Shown here: piece by piece, positions 20,147 to 27,853 of the stretch
Layout: each line of letters starts with the position of its first letter
Numbering within the stretch: the first letter of the stretch is position 1
Assembly: GCA_964402535.1 (NCBI GenBank)
Contig: CAYOCH010000001.1
Coordinates: 72,286-136,285, forward strand
From: an uncultured Candidatus Saccharibacteria bacterium
GTDB taxonomy: Bacteria > Patescibacteriota > Minisyncoccia > Phycocordibacterales > Phycocordibacteraceae
Reading direction: 5' to 3'
DNA length: 64,000 bases
Notes under the pieces: generated by a model
What the model was told of the DNA's origin: nothing
What the model saw: only the letters and a program-made list of their open reading frames with translations
Databases searched by the model: none
Position numbers and translations under genes: made by a program

Positions 20147-20190
20147 CCAGCCCCGCCGTTTTAGGAAACATTATAAAACGGCGGGGCTGG
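20147..20190 (-). terminator. 17-bp hairpin at the end of the cargo operon
   Basis: CCAGCCCCGCCGTTTTA ... TAAAACGGCGGGGCTGG, 7 nt after the last cargo stop. Confidence 0.6.
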
Positions 20191-20197
20191 CTCCCTA

Positions 20198-20548
20198 TCA
20201 GCCTGAATGAAAATCCGACTGTTTTTTATGTGCCCCCGTGTATTCTGGTAGCACTTTCTCAATTTTTCTTTTGTAAAACTTCCTTACAGAAACATCTTTC
20301 TGGAATAAAAAATGATCTTCCGTGAAAGTACCGTCTTTTTTCTTATACCTAAGGCCTATCAAAATGCAATCTTTCGCGCTGGTTGGTATTGAATATGTGA
20401 CATGGTCAAATACACCATCTTTTTGTCTCAATTTTATTCCATGTTTATTTAGAACTTTCAGAAAGATTTCTGCAGTTGGCTTTTCCAAGCTGCCACTGTA
20501 AATACTATCGGTGATATGTTTTATCTCACCATAAGAATCATCTTTCAT
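20198..20548 (-). CDS. Cargo: hypothetical Lys-rich protein
   Basis: 116-aa AT-rich ORF. Confidence 0.7.
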   Translation of the reverse strand: MKDDSYGEIKHITDSIYSGSLEKPTAEIFLKVLNKHGIKLRQKDGVFDHVTYSIPTSAKDCILIGLRYKKKDGTFTEDHFLFQKDVSVRKFYKRKIEKVLPEYTGAHKKQSDFHSG

Positions 20549-20575
20549 AATTCTAAGCCAGACAATGACCGATCT

Positions 20576-20965
20576 TTAACTGACGGATTTTGAGGCTGTA
20601 TTACTTTCGTCTTTTTTTGAATCCCAAGGAAGTGTCTTAGAAAAAGCGATGAAATAAGCAATCACTGCCCACGCTGGTATAACAACATTCGGAAATGGAT
20701 CGTTGACCAGGTCAGCTCTCTTAGTAAGAACCGTCATTATAATAATGATTATTACGGCAATGAGCTCAAGAGTCTTTCTCAGTGTTGTTTCTTTCGCGAG
20801 ACCAAGTTTTCGCTTTTTAGCGGACATGTACGCAATTGAGCCAAGAACCATAAACCATCCCCCAACAAGTAAGCTGCCGTTGACTTGACCTGCTCCACCC
20901 AAAAGTGCGAAAAGCCCAAGCACTAAAGCCGCATAAGAACCCCAGAAATTTTTATAGTCTTTCAT
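20576..20965 (-). CDS. Cargo: hypothetical membrane protein (about 4 TM)
   Basis: 129-aa hydrophobic AT-rich ORF. Confidence 0.75.
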   Translation of the reverse strand: MKDYKNFWGSYAALVLGLFALLGGAGQVNGSLLVGGWFMVLGSIAYMSAKKRKLGLAKETTLRKTLELIAVIIIIIMTVLTKRADLVNDPFPNVVIPAWAVIAYFIAFSKTLPWDSKKDESNTASKSVS

Positions 20966-20977
20966 ATATAAATTATT

Positions 20978-21889
20978 CTAAAAACAATTTATCGTTGCTA
21001 CTCCGCCTCCGGCAGACTGGACGGTGCAAGAAGTGGAGCGAGGAACCGCCACGGGTGCGGTAGACTGCGTGAGCGTGGAAGAATACATGTTGTAATCTGA
21101 GACAAACGATGCAGCAAATCCCTGGAATGCATTCAACACTGTGTAGGTATCGGTCGGTGTTTGGTAGTTTAGGAAATACGAAAGCGGTTGAGATTGTAAA
21201 TTTGCTAAATCTGACTGCGCCTTTTCAATGATTGACTTTGTAGGCGCTTGTTGATTCATGATGCGTGTGATTCGCAGATTCGTCAGATTTCGCAAAGCAA
21301 CCGCTACCTGACTGTTATTGTTTGCGAGCGCATTTAGCACACCATTCATGCTGTCTATATCAGACGTCTGAAGATTGTAGAGGTATGTATAGCTAGAAAT
21401 TATTTTGTTGAGGGTGCCGATAGCGTCATTTTTTACTAAAACAGCAGCGGACAAATCTTGTGTCTGGGTTTGTGTCTGATTTTGGACTGGCAGATTTTGG
21501 TTTTGCGCTTGTTGTGTTTTTGATTGGCAATATGCTTTCCCGCCATCCCCAGGACATACAAAATCACTTCCAGACGGACAGGAAGAATAGTAGGTGCCGT
21601 TACAAAGGGTAGAATTTTTTGGCACGGCGGCTTCTGTCTTCGTGGACACACTCTGGCCTTTGTTGGTCGGTACCGTTTGAGGAGAAATTTTTACATTTCC
21701 TGTCGTGCTAGTTGCAAGAGGCGAAACGTTATTTGGAGTGTTATTCGGAGTAAAGAAGGTTGACACCCGATTTGTAAAAGGAGAAAAGATATACCAAGAA
21801 AGCGGATTCCACCATGCTGCGAAAGCAACTTGTGGAATAACAAAGATCATTACAGCGCCGACTGCAAAAAGATTTTTATACCCTTTCAT
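20978..21889 (-). CDS. Cargo: secreted protein with AAWWNPLSW start, Cys-rich segment and helical region
   Basis: Signal peptide ending VAFA, four clustered Cys, Q/T-rich linker. Confidence 0.8.
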   Translation of the reverse strand: MKGYKNLFAVGAVMIFVIPQVAFAAWWNPLSWYIFSPFTNRVSTFFTPNNTPNNVSPLATSTTGNVKISPQTVPTNKGQSVSTKTEAAVPKNSTLCNGTYYSSCPSGSDFVCPGDGGKAYCQSKTQQAQNQNLPVQNQTQTQTQDLSAAVLVKNDAIGTLNKIISSYTYLYNLQTSDIDSMNGVLNALANNNSQVAVALRNLTNLRITRIMNQQAPTKSIIEKAQSDLANLQSQPLSYFLNYQTPTDTYTVLNAFQGFAASFVSDYNMYSSTLTQSTAPVAVPRSTSCTVQSAGGGVATINCF

Positions 21890-21894
21890 GATTA

Positions 21895-22116
21895 TTATTT
21901 CAAAAAATAATTGATGTCTTTGTCGTAGAGCTTTGCGAATCGCTTGAGTTCCACGACATCGACCCTCTGCTGTCCCGATTCGACGTTCGAGATATGTGAC
22001 TGCGGCCGGCCAATCTTTTTGGCGACTTGCGTCTGGGTCAATCCGGCCTCAAGGCGAGCCGTCCGCAGTCTCTCGACAAAGACAGCATATTCCTTTGTTT
22101 GGATTGACTTCTTCAT
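21895..22116 (-). CDS. XRE-family HTH transcriptional regulator
   Basis: LRTARLEAGLTQTQVA..IGRPQSHISNVESGQQR. Confidence 0.9.
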   Translation of the reverse strand: MKKSIQTKEYAVFVERLRTARLEAGLTQTQVAKKIGRPQSHISNVESGQQRVDVVELKRFAKLYDKDINYFLK

Positions 22117-22142
22117 ATGGTAAATGGTCTATCTAAGAAGTC

Positions 22143-22163
22143 AATATCCAAAGTTTGGATATT
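22143..22163. promoter_or_regulatory. Candidate XRE operator
   Basis: Perfect dyad AATATCCAAA-g-TTTGGATATT, 26 nt upstream of the xre start. Confidence 0.6.
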
Positions 22164-22188
22164 CTCGTGCTAAGCTGAATAGGACCTC

Positions 22189-22404
22189 GGCGACGCAAAC
22201 CAAAAATTTCCTTTCCATCCTTTTTCGCCTTTCGGCGGAGGGGTCGGGGGAGGAGCCGAGGAGAAAATGCAAGGAAATTTTGGGTTTGCCCGCGCGAGTC
22301 CGCGAGCGCGGGCGAGGCGCGATCGGAGCGTACGCATTAGTCCCGAGTCACCACGCGCTCGGCGCGTGCGAAGTGGGTTCGCGCAAAGTGTATAATTTCA
22401 TCAC
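22189..22404 (-). repeat. IR-A internal copy
   Basis: Reverse complement of 19778-19993. Confidence 0.95.
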
Positions 22405-22516
22405 ATAGTAAAACATCTGCCGGAGTGAGTGCGGCGGAGCCGCGCCGCGAAGCGGCGCGGGAAGGAGCGGCGGCGAATTGCGCCCTGCGGGCGCGGGCTA
22501 ATTCGGAGGGCGGGCA
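22401..22516 (+). repeat. IR-B internal copy (116 bp; imperfect extension to 22569)
   Basis: Reverse complement of 23993-24108; shares TCAC (22401-22404) with IR-A. Confidence 0.95.
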
Positions 22517-22576
22517 GGATGCAAGAAATGAAATCGGAAATGGTACTTGTCGGTTTTGAATCCAAAATCTATTTAT

Positions 22577-24166
22577 ATGTCGGCTAAACCAAAATATTTT
22601 CTCTACGCGCGCAAAAGCACCGAGGACGACGACAGGCAAGTGATGTCCATTGAGGCGCAACTTTTCGAGCTACGCGAGTATGCGCGCAGAGAAAATCTTG
22701 AAATTCTTGAGGAATTTCAAGAGTCGAAAAGCGCAAAGAGCCCGGGGCGGGATATTTTCGGCAGAATGATGATGCGCGTCGAGGGTATGCAGGGCGTCGG
22801 GATTTTAGCGTGGCATCCTGACCGATTGGCGAGAAATAGCATTGACGGCGGACGCATCATCTACGCCGTGGACACTTCGCGTATTGTCTCTTTGCGCTTT
22901 CCGACATTTTGGTTTGAGCCGACGCCGCAGGGGCTCTTTATGTTGCAAGTGGCGTTCGGCCAGTCGAAATATTACAGCGACAATCTCACACAGAACGTCG
23001 AACGAGGGTTCCGCCAAAAACTGCGCCGCGGCGAGTGGCTGACGCGCGCTCCCTTTGGCTATGTGAATAATCCGCGCACGCGGAATATCGAACCCGACCC
23101 CGTGAAGTCGCGGGTCGTGGTGCGCGCGTTCGAGGAGTACGCCAAAGGATTGCACACGCTGGTTTCGTTGGGGCAGTTTTTGGCGGAACACGGCGTTGTG
23201 ACCCGCGCCGGAACGCCACTTGGCAAAGCTTCCGTGGCGAGATTGCTTTCCAATCGCGCGTATCTCGGACTTACCAAACATCACGGCGAATTTTTCCCCG
23301 GAAGCTTTGCGCCAATTCTTTCTGCGCCACTGTTTGAAGCCGTCCAAAAGAAATTGCATGAGCGAGCGCGTCCCCGTCACAGCCGCGTCCGCCATGACTT
23401 TCCATTTACGGGTCTGTTTCGGTGCGGCGAGTGCGGTGCAATGATTACCGCACAGTGGACTACAGGTCGTCATGGCGGACGCTACCGCTACTACCGCTGT
23501 ACCAAAAAGAATGGCACGTGCGGTCAAGGATATTTGCAGGAGGACGCGCTCGTCATGCAGACAAAGGAACGGCTTCAAGCAGTGTCGCTCCCCGACGACT
23601 GGGCAGAGTACATGCTCGGCAAGGCCGAGGAATGGGACAAGGCGGACAAGCAGTCGTCGGGGAGCCATGCCGAGCGACTGAAATCCGAACTAAAGGAAAT
23701 CGAGCGAAAGCTTGATGCGCTCGTTGATTTGCACCTGAACGGCGATATTGAGCGCGCGAGGTATCTGGCGAAAAAGGACGCACTGATGCGCCTCAAGCTC
23801 TCGCTCGATACAAAATTATCAGCCGCCCGACACGGCAGAAAGAATTGGGTCGAACCCCTGCGGCAGTGGATTTTGGATTCAAAACGCGCGGGGTTTCTGG
23901 CTTCCAGTACAAACTACGCGGAAATCCGCGAGTTTGTCCGTTCCTTCGGAACGAACCCCGCGATGCGCGACAAGACCATTTCGATTTCATTTTGCCCGCC
24001 CTCCGAATTAGCCCGCGCCCGCAGGGCGCAATTCGCCGCCGCTCCTTCCCGCGCCGCTTCGCGGCGCGGCTCCGCCGCACTCACTCCGGCAGATGTTTTA
24101 CTATGTGACCCCACGGGGAATCGAACCCCGATTTACGCCGTGAAAGGGCGCTGTCCTAACCGTTAG
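22577..24166 (+). CDS. Large serine recombinase/integrase
   Basis: YARKS catalytic Ser, DRLARN, PFGY, zinc ribbon CGECG...YYRC..C, coiled coil; reads through IR-B into the antisense tRNA. Confidence 0.93.
   Translation: MSAKPKYFLYARKSTEDDDRQVMSIEAQLFELREYARRENLEILEEFQESKSAKSPGRDIFGRMMMRVEGMQGVGILAWHPDRLARNSIDGGRIIYAVDTSRIVSLRFPTFWFEPTPQGLFMLQVAFGQSKYYSDNLTQNVERGFRQKLRRGEWLTRAPFGYVNNPRTRNIEPDPVKSRVVVRAFEEYAKGLHTLVSLGQFLAEHGVVTRAGTPLGKASVARLLSNRAYLGLTKHHGEFFPGSFAPILSAPLFEAVQKKLHERARPRHSRVRHDFPFTGLFRCGECGAMITAQWTTGRHGGRYRYYRCTKKNGTCGQGYLQEDALVMQTKERLQAVSLPDDWAEYMLGKAEEWDKADKQSSGSHAERLKSELKEIERKLDALVDLHLNGDIERARYLAKKDALMRLKLSLDTKLSAARHGRKNWVEPLRQWILDSKRAGFLASSTNYAEIREFVRSFGTNPAMRDKTISISFCPPSELARARRAQFAAAPSRAASRRGSAALTPADVLLCDPTGNRTPIYAVKGRCPNR
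23993..24108 (-). repeat. IR-B terminal copy
   Basis: Reverse complement of 22401-22516; abuts the tRNA-Glu 3' end. Confidence 0.95.
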
Positions 24167-24177
24167 ACGATAGGGCC
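24106..24177 (-). tRNA. tRNA-Glu(TTC)
   Basis: GGCCCTATCGTCTAACGGTTAGGAC..GCGCC-CT-TTC-AC-GGCGT..GGTTCGATTCC; no encoded CCA. Confidence 0.93.
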
Positions 24178-24232
24178 TCACTACACGCGAATCCTAGCAT
24201 TTTCGGCCTCAAATGCTAGAATCTCGGCACAC

Positions 24233-24320
<88 letters not shown>

Positions 24321-24437
24321 ATCAGATTTTTCCACAGATGACGAAATAATGAATTGTGATAAGGTGTAGAGACAAAAGGACCAGAGATGGCCGCTTTTGT
24401 TTTTTGTTCTTTCACCAATCAGTGTACGGGAGTAGAC

Positions 24438-24611
24438 ATGCTGGACAATATCGCAGTTAACAACCTTGCGCGGCCGCTTCAACAAGAGGTGGAGACCGCA
24501 CAAGCTGCAGCAGCAGAAGCCGCGCGTCGTGCGCACGACCCGCGGTATAGCCACGAGCCGTTCGGCTGGGCTCGCGTCATGCTCGAAGAAGGCCTGACGC
24601 CCCGTCCATAA
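24438..24611 (+). CDS. Small hypothetical protein
   Basis: GGGAG SD, 57 aa, followed by a hairpin at ~24626-24655. Confidence 0.45.
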   Translation: MLDNIAVNNLARPLQQEVETAQAAAAEAARRAHDPRYSHEPFGWARVMLEEGLTPRP

Positions 24612-24702
24612 TCGGATTGGATCACGAAAGCGCATCCCTCGCGGGGTGCGCTTTCCTTATCGTTATTCCTGCGGCATGAAGATTGTGGTATAGTCGCACC
24701 AC

Positions 24703-24775
24703 GCGCGGTTAGCTCAGTTGGTAGAGCACTTCCTTGACGTGGATGGGGTCATAGGTTCGAATCCTATACCGCGCA
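24703..24775 (+). tRNA. tRNA-Val(GAC)
   Basis: GCGCGGTTAGCTCAGTTGGTAGAGC, TT-GAC-GT loop, GGTTCGAATCC. Confidence 0.92.
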
Positions 24776-24778
24776 CCC

Positions 24779-25549
24779 ATGGGTCCGAAGCGCCACAGCC
24801 CCAAGCAGGGCAAAGTGTATATATACGGCAAGCATGCGCTCATAGAGGCGCTCATGAACGCGCCTCAGGTGGTGCGCAAGGTCTTTCTCGCGTCGACCGT
24901 CCGTGACCGTGACCTGCTCTCACTCATCGAGAAGCACGCGACCCCCGTCTCTCCGCTCTCGACGGGACGCGGCAAAGAGATCGTCGGCAAGGACACGGCG
25001 CACCAGGGCGTCATCGCGACGATGGATCCCGCTGCCCTTCTCCTCTCGCTTGATGACTTCATCGCGAAGCTTGACCTGTCCAAGAATCCGGCCATCGCCG
25101 TACTCGGCGAGGTGCAGGATCCGCACAACGTCGGCGCGATCATCCGCTCAGCAGCCGCCTTCGGCCTCGCGGGCGTGCTCATCCCCGAGCACCACCAGGC
25201 CGGCATCACGGGCGCGGTCGTGAAGACCTCTGCCGGGATGGCCTTCCGCGTGCCGCTCGTCTCGATCGGTAATGTGAACGCGACCCTCGCCGCGCTCAAG
25301 AAGAAAGGCTTCTGGGTCTACGGCCTTGCGATGGCGGGCACCGCGCAGCTCGGCACGGACGTCTTCAACGCTCCGGTCGCATTCGTGGTCGGCAACGAAG
25401 GCTCCGGTATCCGCGAGAAGACGCTCGAGGCCTGCGACGTCACGCTCTCGATCCCGATGCACCCGCGCACCGAGTCGCTCAATGCTGCGGTCTCTGCTGC
25501 GGTCGTCTTTTACGAATGGTCGAAGAAGCACCCTGAATTCTTGGTATGA
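24779..25549 (+). CDS. rlmB: TrmH/SpoU-family rRNA methyltransferase (RlmB-like)
   Basis: HQGV, DPHNVGAIIRSA, GNEGSG, ESLNAAVS. Confidence 0.85.
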   Translation: MGPKRHSPKQGKVYIYGKHALIEALMNAPQVVRKVFLASTVRDRDLLSLIEKHATPVSPLSTGRGKEIVGKDTAHQGVIATMDPAALLLSLDDFIAKLDLSKNPAIAVLGEVQDPHNVGAIIRSAAAFGLAGVLIPEHHQAGITGAVVKTSAGMAFRVPLVSIGNVNATLAALKKKGFWVYGLAMAGTAQLGTDVFNAPVAFVVGNEGSGIREKTLEACDVTLSIPMHPRTESLNAAVSAAVVFYEWSKKHPEFLV

Positions 25550-26427
25550 ACCTTTCGACTTTGCTCAAGGTAAAACTCGACCAGCACCTCACAGCAGAAT
25601 CGTGGGCGGATTACGAACTCATCGACTCGGGTGAGAACATGAAGCTCGAGCGCTTCGGCTCGGTCGTCGTCGCACGTCCAGAGACGCAGGCGTTGTGGAA
25701 GAAGGGTCAGCCGGAGTTGTGGAGCAGTGCCCACGCCGTCTTCGCCTTCCGCGACAAGAAGGGATCGTGGGACATGCTAAAGAGCGCCCCAGAGTCGTGG
25801 CCGGTCACCTGGCAGAGCGCGACATGCTCCGCGCGCCTCACCACCTTCAAGCACACGGGCATCTTCCCCGAGCAAGCGCCGAACTGGGAGTGGCTCGCGC
25901 GGGTCGTGAAGCCCGAGATGCAGATGCTGAACCTGTTCGGCTACACCGGTATGGCGACCGTCGTCGCCGCGAAGGCCGGCGCGCACGTGACGCATGTCGA
26001 TGCCTCTAAGCAGTCGCTCGACTGGGCGCACGAGAATGCGCGCCTCTCGGGTGTGGGCGAAGAGTCGATCCGTTGGATCCTCGATGACGCGCTCGCATTT
26101 GCGAAGCGCGAGGCGCGCCGCGGTGCGCAATACGACGGCATCATCCTCGACCCTCCGGCCTTCGGCCGCGGCGCCAAGGGCGAGGTGTGGAAGATCGAAG
26201 AGGATCTCCCTGCCCTCCTCGACACGCTCAAGCCGCTCCTCGCTGAAAGCGCCGGGTCGTTCTTCCTCATAAACGGCTACGCCGCCGGCTACTCGCCGCG
26301 CTCGTTTGCACAGGCGGTCGAGAGCACCTTTGGTAGCGTACACGGCGAAGCGGGAGAACTTTTCATCAAAGAATCTGCAACCGACCGTGTCATCCCCGCA
26401 GGCATCTACGTCCGCTTTGTGCGGTAA
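25546..26427 (+). CDS. Class I SAM-dependent methyltransferase (RlmI/RlmK-like)
   Basis: YELIDSG, FKHTGIFPEQ, LNLFGYTG, ILDPPAFG. Confidence 0.85.
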   Translation: MNLSTLLKVKLDQHLTAESWADYELIDSGENMKLERFGSVVVARPETQALWKKGQPELWSSAHAVFAFRDKKGSWDMLKSAPESWPVTWQSATCSARLTTFKHTGIFPEQAPNWEWLARVVKPEMQMLNLFGYTGMATVVAAKAGAHVTHVDASKQSLDWAHENARLSGVGEESIRWILDDALAFAKREARRGAQYDGIILDPPAFGRGAKGEVWKIEEDLPALLDTLKPLLAESAGSFFLINGYAAGYSPRSFAQAVESTFGSVHGEAGELFIKESATDRVIPAGIYVRFVR

Positions 26428-26436
26428 CATACGACT

Positions 26437-27279
26437 ATGCCGGCTAAGCAGATAGTCGTCCTCTACCACCGCAACTGCCCGGACGGCTTCGGAGCCGCAT
26501 ATGCCGCGTGGAAGAAGTATGGCGACATGGCCGAATATATCCCGGTCGCCTATGGCGATTCCGTCGTCGAAGGGCTTGAGGGCAAAGAGGTATTCATCCT
26601 TGACTTCAGCTATGAGCTCCCCGGCGAGATAGACCGATTGAAGTCCATAGCGAAGCGGCTCGTCATCATCGATCATCACGAAAGCGCCCGCGCACTCGTC
26701 GAGGGCGTGCCCGAACACATATTCGATACGAACCACTCCGGCGCCTCGCTCGCCTGGTCGTATTTCCATCCCGATACCGAGATCCCGCTCTTGCTGCAAT
26801 ATATCGAAGACGTCGACTTGTATCGATTCGCGCTGCCGCAGTCTGAAGAAGTGAACACCTTTGTAGCGATCCAAAAGCTCGACTTCGCTGTCTGGGATAA
26901 GCTCGTACCGAAGTTCGACAATCCGACCACTCGCGTCACGATCCTCAAGGCGGCTTCATTCTATAGCGAATATTTCAATGCGCTCGCAGAGCAGTCAGTC
27001 GAAAAAGCGAAGAAGGTCCGATTCGAGGGCTACGAATGCTACTTCGCCACGACGCACGGCGCGATGCGCTCGCGCGTCGCACACGAGCTCTACACGAAGC
27101 TCCCGCCGATCGCGCTCGTCGTGAATGCACACCCCGACGGCTTCGGCGTGTCCATCCGCGGCGACGGGACCGTCGATGTCTCACAGATCGCGATGAAATA
27201 TAACGGCGGCGGCCATCCGAACTCTTCGGGATTCTTCATTAGGAACGGCACCGAGGTGCCGTGGGTCGAGGTTGATTAG
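26437..27279 (+). CDS. DHH/DHHA1 phosphoesterase
   Basis: YH..CPDG, ILDFS, IDHH, GGGH. Confidence 0.88.
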   Translation: MPAKQIVVLYHRNCPDGFGAAYAAWKKYGDMAEYIPVAYGDSVVEGLEGKEVFILDFSYELPGEIDRLKSIAKRLVIIDHHESARALVEGVPEHIFDTNHSGASLAWSYFHPDTEIPLLLQYIEDVDLYRFALPQSEEVNTFVAIQKLDFAVWDKLVPKFDNPTTRVTILKAASFYSEYFNALAEQSVEKAKKVRFEGYECYFATTHGAMRSRVAHELYTKLPPIALVVNAHPDGFGVSIRGDGTVDVSQIAMKYNGGGHPNSSGFFIRNGTEVPWVEVD

Positions 27280-27833
27280 AGCTTAAAGAGCTTGTCGCGA
27301 TAGAGCTTCAGTTCTCCTATCGACGCGAGAATATCGTCGGCAGCGCGATGCGCGCTCTCGCCCTTCAATTCCTTCACTTCTTCGAAGACCGTCGGCGCCC
27401 AACGGCGTGCGAGCTCCTTTATCGATGAGACGTCGATGCAGCGATAAAAGAGATACTGGTCAATCTGCGGCATCTGCAGCTTCAAGAAATGCCGGTCCAT
27501 ATGGATGGAATTGCCGCACAAGGGCGCTGTCTGCGGCGCGACGTAATCCTGCAAGAATTCGAGCACCATCTGCTCCGCCTGCTCGAGCGTCACGTCGCTT
27601 GCCGCCGCCGCGTCAACGAGCTCACGCTGAAGCGGCCAATCGAGCGTCTCAGGCCGCTTTCGCGATTCGTAGAATGCTTTGTCCGTCTGGATAACGATAC
27701 TCGGGAGCTCGGCGACGATGTTCAAATCTTTATCCGTCAGGACGACCGCGATCTCGGTGATGCGGTCGACGCGAGCATCCTGAATCGAGGTCATCTCGAG
27801 GTCCATCCAGACGAGGAGGTCATTCCGCTGCAT
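27276..27833 (-). CDS. orn: Oligoribonuclease
   Basis: WMDLEMT, LCGNSIHMDRHFL, IDVSSIKEL, HRAADDI. Confidence 0.92.
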   Translation of the reverse strand: MQRNDLLVWMDLEMTSIQDARVDRITEIAVVLTDKDLNIVAELPSIVIQTDKAFYESRKRPETLDWPLQRELVDAAAASDVTLEQAEQMVLEFLQDYVAPQTAPLCGNSIHMDRHFLKLQMPQIDQYLFYRCIDVSSIKELARRWAPTVFEEVKELKGESAHRAADDILASIGELKLYRDKLFKL

Positions 27834-27853
27834 TAGGGCTATACTACTCCCAC

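Larger units (their letters stand above)
19778..24108. mobile_element. 4.3-kb serine-recombinase integrative element in the tRNA-Glu 3' end, with two nested inverted-repeat pairs
   Basis: GTGA core at both ends (19778-19781, 24105-24108); low-GC cargo, XRE regulator, large serine recombinase. Confidence 0.85.

Noticed and set aside
22337-22660. Minus-strand ORF sharing the recombinase tail
   Set aside because: Not an independent gene; it shows the alternative tail frame across the internal attP.
19778-24108. Reading the element as an IS/composite transposon, prophage, DGR or shufflon
   Set aside because: No transposase, phage structural gene or reverse transcriptase; repeat copies show no adenine-specific differences; no array of short sites swapping cargo C-termini.
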